Origin: Chiloscyllium plagiosum
Lineage: Eukaryota
Reading direction: 5' to 3'
DNA: 64,000 nucleotides
Assembly: GCF_004010195.1 (NCBI RefSeq)
Contig: NC_057718.1
Coordinates: 31,928,183-31,992,182 of the forward strand
Shown here: positions 25,785-39,865 of the stretch, piece by piece
How positions within the stretch are numbered: position 1 is the stretch's first letter
How the letters are laid out: each line of letters starts with the position of its first letter
The notes under the pieces: model-generated
The model's database searches: none
Told to the model about the DNA's origin: nothing
Seen by the model: only the letters and a program-made list of their open reading frames with translations
Position numbers and translations under genes: made by a program

Positions 25785-26060
25785 CTTTAGGATACTATTA
25801 GACTGAAGTCCTGCCCTGTCAACATCTCAACTCGACAAGATCCAATCACACTACTTTAAGTGAAGCAGCAGAGTTCTCCTTGTTTTGTTCAGCCACAATG
25901 TTACTGGTCAATTATGTTATTGCTGTTTGACAAGCAATTGGCCAACATGGGTGAAAACATAGACAGAGAAAGCAATTTCTGTACATCACAAGTCTGGACC
26001 ACAAAGTGGACATTTATATCTCTTTGGATTTTTACAATGTTGTCTGCAAAGTGATGGACA
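25785..26060 (+). mobile_element. Degenerate Deu-domain SINE
   Basis: agatcc..cactacttt..gaagcagcagagttctcc..ctggtcaattat..attgctgtttg resembles the Deu domain; a 3' piece also lies at ~61895-62010 (-). Confidence 0.55.
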
Positions 26061-26919
26061 TTTTTTTTTCAATTTAGTAGCTCATCAGGTGGACCTAGAT
26101 CCCTTCTTGTATTGTTTCTTTTATGTTGTTGGGAGTGTTTGTCTTTTCACTTACATCAGAGAAGGGAGAGAGATGTTTTCTATTTGTCAGCTTTCTATGT
26201 TTCTGGCTATACTGCTCTCACTAATCTAAGACAAACTGCAGCTTGGCCAAACCAAGGGCTATCATCAGGCAGTTTGTTCCTTAACTCAAAAGCTTCTGGT
26301 GCTGCTGTGTCTGTTTCTTTGTAATAGTTTCTCTGCTCCAAAAGCAACATACTCGTGTACAGCCAAAAAAAATGCTCTTTATTTTTCAGGTTGCAAAAAC
26401 ACTTGGTATTTTATCTATGTCGCAGTGTCCAAATTCCATTCTAGTTTATAGTCCAAAAAGTAAAAAATATCGTCCCTGACACACTGAGTAACAGTGTTAT
26501 TGACTGATGTTGTTGCTTTCATCATTTTACCAGGATGTTAATTTTCCTCACTGAAATATAAGCTGTATTACATTATAAAATCTATGTAATAAAGTGTCAT
26601 ATTTTATATTTTCTGAAAATGTTTGTCTGCAAGTTCACTAAAATATTACTGTCTTAATAAATCTCTGGTCTTCACTGTGCTCCCTCGTGTCTCCCAAATG
26701 GTCATCTTACATATCAGTTACCTGCTCAACTTGTGAGTTACCATGGAGTCATAGGATAATTATTCCTCTGCCATAATTCATAGGTATATTTTCCGATAGC
26801 GATCACTTGGTCATGATTTGAAGTAACAGTGTTAACTGATTTTCAACCTCCTTTGCCAAAAATGTTCAGATTAGCAGTGGAATCCAATTCTACTCTGGTT
26901 GACATCAATTAGTGAAGGC

Positions 26920-27450
26920 AGATTAATAGCCTTTATCGCCAAGAATTGGAGTCTTGCCAAATAAAAGTCTTGTTAGAACTGTACAGAGCTTTGTGAAACT
27001 GTCCTTTGGATATTGTGTGCAGGTTTGGTCTCATTACTTAAAGAAATATATCCTTACATTGTAAACAGTCAGACAAGACTCACAAGGTTTATTCTTGGAA
27101 GAAAGTGATTGTTGTAAAATGAAAGGTGAGCAAGTCAAGTTTAGAAGAAGGAGGAGATTTTATTGAAACAGGTGAGATTCTTCAAGGGCTTGACAGAGCA
27201 GGTGCTGAAAGGAAATTTTGTCTTAAGGGCCACCTAGAGCGAGGGTTCATATTTTAAAAATAAGGGGTATTCCATGTAAGACAGAGATGAGAAGGAATTT
27301 CCTCCCAAAGGATAATTAATTATTGGATTTCACTTCCACAAAAAAAATGACAAAGACTGAGTTGAACAGATCTTTGATTGTCAAGTAAATCAAGGATTAT
27401 GAGAGACACAACTGATTGGTGTACTTCTCATTTCTTAAGAATTATGATCT
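26920..27450 (+). mobile_element. Old CR1 3' fragment
   Basis: Degenerate LYRAL..LGYCVQVWS..RRRGDFIET. Confidence 0.65.
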
Positions 27451-28072
27451 TTTGATCAATTATTGAGTTTGAAGCTAATTATCATAAAAGAAGAATAATC
27501 CTATAACTGTGTATTAAACAATTTAGTGCAGTAAAGGATAGAATTCAGGGCGTTTTTGAATGGATGAATTAAGCTCAGCCAAACGGCCTTCCATGACCAT
27601 TATTATTTTGTAATCACCATTGTAAACAGACAGAATTGTTAGGAAACAATCATATTCTTATATTAGAAACATCAGCTTCATTCTCAATTTCAATTTGCAA
27701 TTTGGATCTACCTTTATCTTTAATTTGCTGACTTTTGGTATAAACAGGAGGCATGCAAAATTCAGATCTATTGTGCCTCCATAAGTAGTGCTACTGAAAT
27801 GAATTATCTTTTTCTGAATATGCCAACCTCATACCATCCAGTAAAAGGTGCTCCAACAGGCAACCTTCTCCATACAGTGGAAAGTTCAGAACTCATCTAA
27901 TCATGACCAATCAGTGATGTTGTAATGATCTGCCTAAGGGTAGATCCTCAGTTCCTCTCTCCACACCACCTAGTCTTGCACTCTCTTCATTGCTTGTGAT
28001 AGCCTCCCAATTTGAATTCCAATGTCTGGCAAAAATAATATAAGTTGGTTTCCTCTCTCCTTGTGTAAACGC

Positions 28073-28725
28073 ATAGAATCATAGAGATGTACAGCATGTA
28101 AACAGATCCTTCGGTCTAACCCGTCCATGCCGACCAGATATCCCAACCCAGTCTAGTCCCAGCTGCCAGCACCCGGCCCATATCCCTCCGAACCCTTCCT
28201 ATTCATATACCCATCCAAATCCTCTTAAATGTTGCAATTGTACCAGCCTCCACCACTTCCTCTGGCAGCTCATTCCATACACGTACCACCCTCTGCGTGA
28301 AAAAGGTGCCCCTTAGGCCTGTTTTATATCTTTCCCCTCTCACCCTAAACCTATGCCTCTAGTTCTGGAACCTCGATCCCAGGGAAAAGACTTTGCCTAT
28401 TTACCCTATCCATGCCCCTCATAATTTTGAAAACTTCTATAAGGTCACCCCTCAGCCTCCGACACTCCAGGGAAAACAGCCCCAGCCTGTTCAGCCTCTC
28501 CCTATAGCTCAAATCCTCCAACCCTGGCAACATCNNNNNNNNNNNNNNNNNNNNNNNNNNNNNNNNNNNNNNNNNNNNNNNNNNNNNNNNNNNNNNNNNN
28601 NNNNNNNNNNNTAAGTGTATAAGTCCTGCTAAGATTTGCTTTCCCAAAATGCAGCACCTCTCATTTATCTGAATTAAACTCCATCTGCCACTTCTTAGCC
28701 CATTGACCCATCTGGTCAAGATCCA
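28073..28725 (-). mobile_element. CR1-type LINE 3' fragment containing an assembly gap (28535-28611)
   Basis: MLPGLEDLSYRERLNRLGLFSLECRRLRGDLIEVFKIM and WAKKWQMEFNSDK. Confidence 0.92.
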
Positions 28726-29879
28726 TACTAGTCCTTTTCCCAAAGGAACCTTTGCTGGTAAGCAGCCATTGTCCCTGATTTTCCACTGCTTCCAGCACCA
28801 CCACAAAAATGTGCTGGTTCTGCCACTGGGCATGGCTGTTAATCCTGAGCATGGGATCCTTACCTGGAGCTAGCAAAAGGCCAGTGATGACCATCCACGG
28901 AGGTCACAAATGACACTGCTGGTCTAAAGATTTGCAATATATATGTCGAGTAGTGGAATTTATTTGTACAATAATCAACTGCACAAGGGACTCAGGACTG
29001 ATGTTACTTAAAATACAAGGCACCCAACTTACAATTAAGGTCATTTAGAGTAATTACACTCATCACAAAGCCACTGAAAGTACTATAAAGCAGGTATTTA
29101 GGTGTTGTGAGTTCCTGAATTTGACACAAAATGTTGTTCCATCCTCAAACGGAAAGCCGATGTCTTGATGACCTAACCATGCAAAGGCTGCAACAAGTAT
29201 GATGGCTGCAATTCTAATGCCTCTGTAATTATCAGACAACAGTGCAAGATAGCAGTGGCTGCATGAGAGAGTAGGCTCTGCATGATGTCAATTTAAGAAT
29301 CAGTCAACTCTAAGCTCCTTGACAGCGACAGGCCAGTCGATATACACAGCATCTTGGTATGCTTACATATCACCACTTGGCCAAATTCTGTCTGTTTTAA
29401 CATCCTTATGTAAGTCCTCAGCAATATAATCTATCTGACACCTCACCAACACCACTAACCCATGCCCTAGACCCTCAACCCACCCTGCTTACCCCCAACC
29501 TGCTGGTACATGAATCAAGCCATCTTTTAACCATGACTGTCTGTAGCCTAAGCATCCCTAATGACCCATTATGTGCTGATTCCTACACAATGCTAAGCTT
29601 GAGATAAATTCAGTGCCAATATCAGAGCTGATGGCTGCTCCTTTCCTGGGGCTGCTGCGGCTGAACAAGTGGCGGTTCTTGAGGATTTGAAAGCAGAATG
29701 TCAGAAGAAGATTTGAGGCGAGGGAAAGGTGAGGAAGTGAAAAATAGGAAATTGTCAGGTGCTGGTGTGTCTCCACACCCAGTTAGAAATTTTCTGCCTT
29801 CAGATCCTACAGCGATAACTTTATGTTGAGCCTCCTCCAAAGTAGTGCACTCTGATGATGTATTTCTTCTGTCAGGTGT

Positions 29880-31110
29880 GCAGCCTCAATTTCAATATAT
29901 AGTTCCTGTTCATGAAGTGCTCCTGCCTTTGGATCTTCTTATGGGAATTTCCTGTCCTTTACTTGGAACTGGTCAAAGTTTGGGGCATGTTTGATTTGCA
30001 GAGGAGCTCTCCCCCTACAGCAATCATAGCTTCTGTAGGGAAGCCACAGCTCAGGAATTGGTTCCTCAGTCGGTATGGTTTTTGCTGGCTGATGGAGGGG
30101 AGGGCTCGGGATGTTGGGCTGCCAAGAGTCAGGGACGCATTTGATAGCAGAGGAGCAGGCTGGCCGACACCAGCACCACAGGTCATGAAGGTTTTGGTCA
30201 ACATCAATTTGTGGCTTGAGCCCTTCCAGAACCTGATGGACAAGATACCTGACCCTTGACACCACACCTAAAATCAAGGTGGCTCAGGTATGCATTGGGT
30301 TTCTGGATGAACTGACACCTGTCCATCTGGAACTTGACATAGACCCCATAAAATGATCACTCCCTGAGGATGTGGGTGATCCATCTCAGGGAAATCCTCC
30401 CATTGCCCTTTAGTATGGGCTGCTGCTGCACACTCGTCTGCTTCCCCATCTTCTCCACCAATCGGGTACATTTTGGCGTGACATTGTGCCCTCCAGCAGT
30501 GGAGATCGCCAGTGGATGGCCCTCTATGAAAGGGTCCCCTCTTCCATTGTGTATCTGGGGTGGAGAATGCTGCATGCAGCAGTCTCATACAATCACAGAC
30601 CATGTGTAAGTTTTGTGCCATAGATGAAAAGATATTTCATATTTACATGGATTGTTTCTGTTTGCAGCCCCTTCTTTACTTTTTAAAAGGGGCTGCTCCT
30701 TACAGTTTGGTTGCACTTCAGGCCCCCACTCCTGATTTGTGGGCACCCCGCGCAGAAAGAGATAAACAAACCAGAGGACTTTCTCATGGGTCTGCTCCTG
30801 AGACTGGTCAATTTGGCTAATGACATGCCTAAGCCTTGGAGGGGCTAGTTCTTCCTGACTTTCTGCCCCTCTTTCATGGTTACATATGTGCTTGGGGGGT
30901 GTTCCTGGAGAGGGAGCATGTGTGCCCATCATCGCAATAGAGGCTTTTCAAGATCGCTGGGCACCAGAGGGACTGCAGTGCATCATTGGCCTGGAAAATG
31001 TTGTTTTAATTAGTAAGTTTCTGTTTCTTTCTATAAGATTCCCCTCAGCTGTAATTTTGTGTTATTTGATGCAGTGCCCCAGTAGGGGCAATTTTTTTTA
31101 ACTTTCTGTT
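29880..31110. mobile_element. Degenerate second Tx1-type element, probable 5' inversion
   Basis: Plus strand CKFCAIDEKIFHIYMDCFCLQPLLYFLKG and AFQDRWAPEGL (ORF2 C-terminus); upstream ~29880-30350 appears inverted. Confidence 0.65.
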
Positions 31111-31139
31111 TAAAAGAGTAGGGGTAACCAGGAACATGG

Positions 31140-31279
31140 AGAAAGTGAGGACTGCAGATACTGAAGTATCAGAATCTAGAGTGTGGTGCTGGAAAAGCAC
31201 AGCAGGTCAGGCATCATCCGAGGAGCAGGAGAATCAACGTTTCAGGCATAAGCCCATCATCAGGAATGTTCCCTTAGCT
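31140..31279 (-). mobile_element. Mini PLE pLTR insertion (family A)
   Basis: TSD AGGAACATGG at 31130 and 31280; truncated just upstream of the hammerhead. Confidence 0.85.
31232..31267 (-). ncRNA. Minimal type I hammerhead ribozyme motif
   Basis: uc-CUGAUGA-uGGGC-UUAU-GCCU-GAAA-CGUU-ga: intact core, palindromic ACGU helix III, weak helix I. Confidence 0.6.
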
Positions 31280-33117
31280 AGGAACATGGCAAATACTTAA
31301 CCCGATGCTACAATGAAGTGGCAGCACCAAGTTAGCCAGAATTTGCCAGAAACGTCTGGGTTTCCGCACTACTTTGTACTTTTATTTCAGAATTCCGGCA
31401 TTCGCAGTCTTTCACTTTTATCATAATTGCGTAGGCTAAATTTGAGTCTTAATGCCTCCTAATTCATTCCTGGATTTCTTCTTGAGAATCTTGCGAAGTG
31501 GCTTGGGATGCGCTCTTGCCTTAAGTGAACACGTAGTTTTTTCAGCTTCAAACGGTGGTGGAAGTACTCTGCCCTGTTTCGTCTAATTGGGGTTTAACAT
31601 TTTCCATTTGAACGCATCCCTGAATGGGGAGGACCAAACATTCTCACGATGAACAGCCACAGTTCTAAGTAATTAGTTCATATAAAATGCCAATACATTA
31701 ATCCTAATAAATGCACCAATCCAGGTTTATTCCAGAATAATGGCGGTTTATTATTCTTTCAGTAAAAACCATGCCGGTTTTGATTGTTGTAACCGGAGGC
31801 ACTGGTTACACTGAGTATGGCGCCCTCTAAAAAATAACTGTCCAGTCTTCAAGTTCTGAGTCCGGTGTAAGTGTTGGTGACAGGTCTACTGAATGAAGCA
31901 GCCTGAAATTCAGTCACGGCAAACTGAAACGGTGCCGTCCCATTCAAAAGCTCCCTACCCCGGATTGAAAACCGCTGGTGGGCGCTGCTCACCCACAAAC
32001 CTCTCAGTCCGGGAACACAGCTCACTGTTTTAGAACAGTTAGAAATTGTTTATAGGCTGAAACCATTTTCAAAATTGAACTGCAGTGATTCCCATTTGAT
32101 TACTTCGCTGATTCCAGTTTTATAAACGTCATGATTTATATTTCACACAGTACATTGAAAGATTTAAATGATTTATAAATAATTCACTAATTCTCCATAA
32201 TTTGGTGGAATCAACATATTAACTCAAATGTTAGATAACTATTTCTGATTGCCTGAGTCTGGTAAAATGTTGCAGATGATATAAAACCATGTCAAGGCAC
32301 TTCATTTAATAATAAAATCTGATTATATTTTACAGCCGTGGACTGGGCAACTAAGTATTAGAAATCGAATATATTACAGTCCTTGTTTTGACTCAATGAA
32401 TTTGCTTCAGTTTCGTTTGGATTTTCCCATTATTTCATTCAAGTTTTTGAGGTATATACTCGTCAATTTCTCATGTCATTGGATACGGGAAATCAAAATC
32501 TGGTGTACTTTTCAAATAAAGTCGGGTTAGCAGACCCTAGAATAATTACAGCTAAGTTGCATCACAGGCCGTTTGGAACAATTGACCTATGCTGCTGTTT
32601 GAGCTCCACACAAGCATGTTCATTCTGGCTTTTATTTTACATTTACATTATTATCAGTATTTCCACATTCGTAATGCAAATGGACAATGTCAGTGTGACA
32701 GACTATAATTACACCTTTTTACCATTGGTGGTGTTTCAACAGCTGTGGCGGGAGATGGTGCCATTTCAAGTAAGTTTGCATAGATAATTGTTATATGAAC
32801 TAGGAATCTGGAATAGAAAAGTTTGGCACAGACAATATATTATGTTCTATACAGATATCTATGATTTAAATCATCCGTCTAATCTTGTCACGCTTTAATT
32901 GCAACTTCCCACCAATGAACACAGTGCAGTTCCAGCACTTGCAACAAGTTGCAATGACAACATTGTAAACATTACTTTCCAAAGTAATTTTCTATGATAA
33001 ATATGTATGCTGAATTTTGTATGGGAATTAAGAAAGAAAATGGATATTGAATTACATCAATGTACATTTGCCCTTAATCCGACTTCACCACAAACTTCAT
33101 GTAATCTGCATCTACCT

Positions 33118-33320
33118 GATGTGGAGATGCCAGTGTTGGACTGGGGTGGACAGAGTTAAAAATCACACAACAGCAGGTTATGGTTCAACAGGTTTATTTG
33201 GAAGCATTAGTTTTCGGAATGCTGCTCCTTCATTGAGTAGCTCATTGAGTATCTCATGGGGACACAGAATTTATAGTAAAAGATCAAAATGTCATACAAC
33301 TGATGCAATGCATTGAACAC
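33118..33320 (-). mobile_element. PLE 3' end (family B)
   Basis: Reverse complement of the 10858/17350 sequence; hammerhead core decayed. Confidence 0.7.
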
Positions 33321-34905
33321 CCAGGTGCAAAGCATACATAATGATTGACTACACAATGAAGGCGTGCTAACTAGAGGTTAGGTCTACATGATGTTGATGT
33401 AAACCGCAGCCAAGAGAATCTCATTTGAGTAAGATGCCCTACCAGATGCATCGAGAATCCATTGTTCAATCGAAGACTGCTTGTTTCAATCAAAATAGGC
33501 TTCATCATCATTTTAGAATTCATTACAAAAAGATGACATTCTGGTCATCATCAATACCAAGGAATGAACAACAATGAGTTTTAAAGCTGATTGTAAAGAT
33601 CGATTTTCATGACTTTTTGATGTAATGTCAACGTGAAAAGAGTTATAAAATGTGCACTGTTGTTACTCAAATTGTTTAATCAGTTAACTCACTGAATTTT
33701 TCCTGGATAAAATTTTGAAACTTTCTATTTTGAATAAATTCAAATACATTAAAAAAACTTTCTCAATTCCGTGTAGTATATTAATAAGTCAATTTTTTTA
33801 AATACCAAATGCGATGACATCACATTAATAGAACATTTAAAGGCATGTGGGGGACAGGGTGAACAAAAACAGCACAACTGAAAAAAAAATTATTGCTGAA
33901 ACAATAATGACAGTGATTCGTTTCTTCAGTTTTACCAACCCTCAGTATACTCATTTAGAATATCAAATTTTATTTTGTAACTTTACATACAATGGTGCCA
34001 TAAATATCTGTCACTTCTAGTTTTAAATGTCTATTAAAACAAGTGCAACAAAACATTATTCAGAAACAATATAAACCATAAAATATCTCTGAAGGCTACA
34101 CTTGACAATTTTTTAAGCACATAAGCAATAGCTTTAATTTATGTCTGTTCGGTTCAGAAATGGTTAAAGTTTGATACGCACATGCCTTGTCATTCATGAT
34201 TTAAAAAGAGCTCTCCAACAACTCGGTTAGTAAAAGCACTGTAGGATGTTGTTTGATCCGTACGCTATCAGACCAGAAAGGTGCATGTAAAAATTTCAAT
34301 TTGACATTCCTGGCCTTTGCCATGAAAATATAACAAATAACTGCAGAAAAAGAAGAAATGATTTATCATTTATTCAAACTAATGAAAGAAAGAGATGGGC
34401 AATGGAAATTTTTACTATACATACTGTTATTATTTATATTTGTTATCTATTAATTCAAACTGGAATTGCAGATTTGTTCAAAATGGCAAAATTTTGTTTA
34501 ACTGTCATTTTCTCCATTCCCACTAGCTCCTTCAACACCCCAATGACCCCCATCCCAACCCCAGCAGCCTTCTCTAAACCATCATGTTTTCAGGAACTAA
34601 CCCAAACTACCCAGTTTGAAGAATATTTAAAAAAAACTCTGGCAGAAATAATAATTTGTAATACCTGTATAGATAAGCTCAGCAGAAAAGAGGAGGTGGA
34701 AAATTGCAGAATGAAATATGTCTAGGGTAAGAATAAAATGTGTATTGCTGTGAATTAGTCAATTGGTTTTCTGTGATAAAGACTAAAAACCAATGTAATG
34801 TATTTTCACCAGCCCATCTTTCTATAGTTTCATAGGCAGCAATCACATGACTAAGACTTAATTGCATTATGCAAGATGATGTTAATAAGTAAATTTAATT
34901 GTTTA

Positions 34906-35350
34906 TAGAGTCATTGAATCATACAGCATGGAAACCAGACCAACCAGACCATGCTGAAAATAATCCTAAACTAAACTAATCCCACTTTCCTGTGCCTGGC
35001 CCATATCCCTCCAAACCTTGCCTATTTATGTACTTATCTAAGTGTCTTTTAAACATTGTAACTGTGCCTACATCCACTACTTCCTCAGGAAGTTCATTCC
35101 ACATGTGAACCATCCTCTGTATAAAGGATCTCTTTCCTCTCACCTTAAAAATATGCCCTCAGTCTTGAAATCCCCCATCCTAGAGAAAAGACACCTACTA
35201 TTAAACCTGTCTATATACCTCATGATTTTATAAACCTCTTTAAGGCCACCTCTCAACTTCCTATGCTCCAGTGAAAAACATCCTAGCCTAACCAGACTTT
35301 CTTTATAACTCAAACGTTCCATACCCAGCAATAACTTGGTAAATCTTCTT
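34906..35350 (-). mobile_element. CR1 3' fragment
   Basis: MERLSYKESLVRLGCFSLEHRKLRGGLKEVYKIM. Confidence 0.85.
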
Positions 35351-35676
35351 CAATAGTGCCAAAAACTTAAATTAAGAATATATACCAGGTATTTTTATTC
35401 ACTCAGCGTATAATAACTATTCATAAAATTGTCAGAAATAATGAGACAAAATTATTGCAATTATTGAATATACAGTAATATATTAAGATAAGCTTTGAAG
35501 GACTGGTTGGTTTTTGCTAATCTCTGAATATGATTAAATTCTTACACATTCCATTGGTAACTTAGACTACACAGGAGCATAAAGTTTGGATTGACCATTT
35601 TGCACTGTGAGCCTGTACCACTGTACAATGAGATTGTGGTTGATCTGGAACCTAAGTTCATATGGAATTTGTTACT

Positions 35677-36341
35677 TCATGAGTTTTGAGAAGATTTGTA
35701 GTTCAGGTTGAGGTTGTGGATGTAGGTTTGCTCGCTGAGCTGGAAGGTTCATTTCCAAACATTTCATCACCCTACTAGTAACATCTTCAGTGGGCCTCCG
35801 GGCGAAGCACTGCTGCTGATTCCTGCTTTCTATTTATATGTTTGGGTTTCTTTGGGTTGGTGATGTCATTACCTGTGGTGATGTCATTTCCTGTGATGAT
35901 GATATTTCCGTTTTCTTTCTGGGGGCTGGTAGATGGGGTCTAACTCGATGTGTTTGTTGCTAGCATTCTGGTTGGAATGCCATGCTTCTAGGAATTCTCG
36001 TGCATGTCTCTGTTTGGCTTGTCCTAGGATGAATGTGTTGTCCCAGTTTCAACAGCCAAACAGAGACACGCACGAAAATTCCTAGAAGCATAGCATTCCA
36101 ACCGGAACACGATCAACAAACACATTGAGTTAGACCCCACGTACCACCACCTGAGAAAAAGAAAAGCAAATGACATCACCACAGGAAATGACATCACCAA
36201 CCCAAAGAAACCCAAACATATAAATAGAAAGCAGGAATCAGCAGCAGTGCTTTGCCCGGAGGCCCACTGAAGATGTTACCTAGTAGGGTGGTGAAATGTT
36301 TGGAAATGAAACTTCCACCTCAGTGAGCAAACCTACATCCA
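35677..36341. mobile_element. Fold-back Penelope/Poseidon-type PLE end (family C), ~300-bp inverted arms
   Basis: 35717-36020 inverted against 36055-36341; ~40-nt tail; GIY-YIG C-terminus AKQRHARKFLEA*HSNRNTINKHIELDP. Confidence 0.92.
36264..36303 (+). ncRNA. Minimal hammerhead ribozyme motif (mirror copy on minus at ~35755-35793)
   Basis: CCA-CUGAAGA-uGUUACC-uaguag-GGUGGU-GAAA-UGUU-UGG. Confidence 0.65.
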
Positions 36342-36943
36342 TGTGTTACCTTCCCTATCTTATAAATGAAGCATTAATGACCAGCTAATATAGAAGAAGC
36401 TTGATGGATCATCCAGTAAGTGTCAAATGTTTTACAAATACGACATTGTTCTTCAATTCAATGCTGTCCAAAGGCAAGCTCAACTGGCAGAAGTTGGGTA
36501 ATGCAAGGAATCAGGTCCCAACTCCAAACCCAGCTGTAAGAGGGATTGAACCCCTTACTTTTGTCACACATCTGATCCACACCAACTACCCAGCCAACTG
36601 AACCAAATGAAGAAATCTGTGTTTCTGTGGTAAGATACACTTTTACATGCATGCAGTAGCCTAGAGCTTTGCATAGTGATACTATCTCCAATCTCTTTCT
36701 GGCACATGGCTGGCCAGGAATTTCTCCCACGTTTACTGCCGGCATATGCTAGAAGGATTTACAAGTTAAAATTCAACTTGTTTTCCTGCGTTGTAAATGT
36801 ACTTTCCTTGGCTATGGGTCTTGGAGTGGGATTTGAACCTGAAGCTTGTAGATCAAATGAAGGAATGCTACCCTCTGTTCTGCAAGTCTTCCTAATACAT
36901 ACTGCATTTATATACAGTCAAACCATTTCATAAAAATCCGGTG

Positions 36944-37153
36944 CAGGTAATTCTTCTATAATGTGATGAGTGCATTCTTGTGCAACTCTGTGTTATAGAA
37001 AATTCGCGCTTTAAAAACTGTGCATAAAGTGTTGGCAATGTAATCGTGTTACAGCCAACACACATTTTAAAAGTTTGCACTTTAGAAACAGTGTCCTCAA
37101 TTCATCAATCACGAATTCGTGTTAACGAAAAGCGTGTTCTAGCAGAATGACTG
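36944..37153. mobile_element. Tc1/mariner-pogo-type MITE
   Basis: Imperfect TIRs CAG..TTCTTCTATAA / TTCTAGCAGAATGACTG followed by TA; inverted second copy at 49045. Confidence 0.75.
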
Positions 37154-38094
37154 TATATGGAGTAAGATAATTTGGGTAGAGTCCATATCTATGTGATTGG
37201 AAGGGATTAAGATGTTGAATGTATGTGAATACTTATTTGAACCACACCTTACACCTAAACTATTCTTGAGGATGTCAGGTCCATTTGCATTTTGAGCTGT
37301 CAGGTTTCCTTCTTGTATCCTTGGCAGAGTGCCTTTATGCCAGTCGTTTTGGCATAGAAATTAACCTTGAAACGCTGTAAAGTTGGAGAAGCCAAAATCA
37401 AAATGAACATCATGACATCTGTATAATTCTGTGCCAGGGACTTTATTGAAACAGAAGTTATTCACCATGGAGTCTGGTGAAAATAAACTCTCGTATTACA
37501 AATCTTTCCATACCAAACCCTACATTTCTCATAAATCTGCAAAAACCATAATTAAACCTAACATGGCCTTAAGGTTCAATGACTTAATCTATTAATCAGT
37601 GGTTTAATAGAACCTGTTTTTCCACTGATCTCCATACTGAATTCCCTGAATTCTGTCATAGCAGGGGTGAAAATGCTTCAATGTAATAGAAGTCCTTCTA
37701 AGGGCATGGATGTGAGCTCTTACAATTCCTACTAGCTAGTTACAGAGCAGTCATCAGCAGAAATCTTTGAGTAGACTCCCTTTCTACCTTCATGGTTGAT
37801 TAATAATGATGGTAATGATGGATTGAATTTAAAGGAAGAAATTAAATTGGTTACAACATTTATGTTTTAAACGTGGATCACTGTCATTTATGAATCAGCT
37901 ATATTTCAATTTGTATCTTTGCATAAATTGACTTCCTTCCTGCAAATATTGCAATGCAAATGGGAAATCTCACAAAACATCTTGCATAAAAAATATTTGC
38001 ATTTATCCTCTAAAGACAGCAGTAAGATTTTGACAAAAACTTAATAAAATGAGATTGCAAAACTTGGCTTTATTTCAACAAAATAGGGAATCAG

Positions 38095-39865
38095 GGTACA
38101 CCCAAATATTCTGAAATGTGGAATGTTCCTTGTCCCAGTCCTACTCAGCCACTGCCCACAACTTTTTATCCACTACATTGAAGATGTCATTGGTGTTTCT
38201 TCTGCTCTTATCTGGAATTGGGAAAAAAATCCATCCTTCAATTTCCATCCATCTGTCACCTTCACCTGGTTCATGTCTGACTCTCACATTCCTCAACTTC
38301 ATTCTTAACATTTCTGGGATAAATAATCCACCAACAGCCATCAGAAAGCCAGCACTCCTACAATTACATTGACTATATTTCCTCACACTCTGCATCCTGT
38401 AAGGACTCCATTCCACACTCCCAGTTTCTATGACTCTATTGCATCTGTTCTGAAGGTGCCACCTTTCACAGGGGTGATTACAATATGCTCCCTTTTTACT
38501 GCAATCAAGCATTCCCCCATAGTGGTCAACAGGACCCTCAGCTATATCCAAACCATTTCCAGCACATCTGCCCTCACTTCTTTCCCTCCTTCCAAGAAGA
38601 GCAATTGAGTGCCCCTTGTCCTCACTTTCCACTGCACCAAAATCCACATTCAAAGGATTATCTTCTGCTATTTCCACTGCTTCCTTCAGGACGTCAACGC
38701 CAAACACACCTTCTCCCTTCCCACTGTCAGCATGCTGCAGAGACCAGGCCCTCTGTGATACCCTGCTTCACTCCTCCATCATTGCTAACACTTCCTCATG
38801 ACACCTTCCCATGCAATTGGATAAAGTTTACCACTTACCCTTTCATCTCCTCCTTACTGTCCAAAGCCCCAACACAGCTTCCAGATGAAGCAGCAATGTA
38901 CTTGTACTTCTTTCAATCTTGGAGAAAGTAAGGACTGCAGATGCTGGAGATCAGTCGAAGAGTGTGGTGCTGGAAATGCACAGCAGGTCAGGCAGCATCC
39001 GAGGAGCAGGAGAATTGATATTTCAAGCATAAGCTCTTCATCAGGAAGATGAAGAGTTTATGCTCGAAATGTCGATTCTCCTGCTCCTCAGATGCTACCT
39101 GACCAGCTGTGCTTTTCCAGCACCACACTCTTCGACTTCTTTCAATCTAGTCTACTGGACTTGTTTTTACATTGGCAAGACCAAATACCACTTGGAACGC
39201 TTCCACTCTATGCTGAAGAATTACCTCAAATTTCAATTGCCATTTCAATAAACCACCTTTCTCCACTGGGAACATTTTTGTCCTAGGCCTGCTGCAGTGT
39301 TACAGTAAAGCTCAGCTTTAGCTGGATGAACAGCACTTAATTTTCTGTTTAGGCACTTTGCAGCCTTCATAATTCAATATTGAATTAACAACTTCACAAC
39401 ATACCCTCCATATTGATTAGAAGCTCACCCTGGTCTTGCTTGTTTTACTCTAAACTGTGCTGACCTATTTTTTTTCCAATTGTAGCCTCTTAAGAACATA
39501 TAGTCGCCATCTCAATTCCTCCTTTACCACGATTTGCACGCCCTTTGTATTTTGCTCTGGGTACCTTCACTGGGTATCTGTTCAACTCACTCCTCCTCCA
39601 CTTCTGCAACAGTATAAGTGCCACCATTTTCCAGCCCCCTTCTATTTCCTAAGAAGACAGAAACGTTGACCCAATTTTCAAAAAAGAATAAAGATCTGCA
39701 GATGCTAGAAATCATAAACACAAACAGAAATTGCTGGAAAAACTCGCCAAGTCTGGCAGCATCTGTGCAGAGAGGAGCAGAGTTAAATTTTGACCCTTCT
39801 TCATTCAGAACCCAATTTCTCTCGCAGCAGATGCTGCTGAGCTTCTCCAGCATTTTCTGATTTCA
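38095..39865 (+). mobile_element. Old Neptune-type PLE (RT to pLTR) with adjacent fold-back relic 39685-39865
   Basis: LFIHYIEDVIG, HPSISFTW-like, YIGKTK; gctggaaaaactc..gcagcatctg inverted against cagatgctgctgagcttctccagc. Confidence 0.75.
38920..39134. mobile_element. Fold-back mini PLE (family A)
   Basis: ~90-bp inverted arms turning at the hammerhead CTGATGA; perfect TSD ACTTCTTTCAATCT at 38906 and 39135. Confidence 0.92.
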
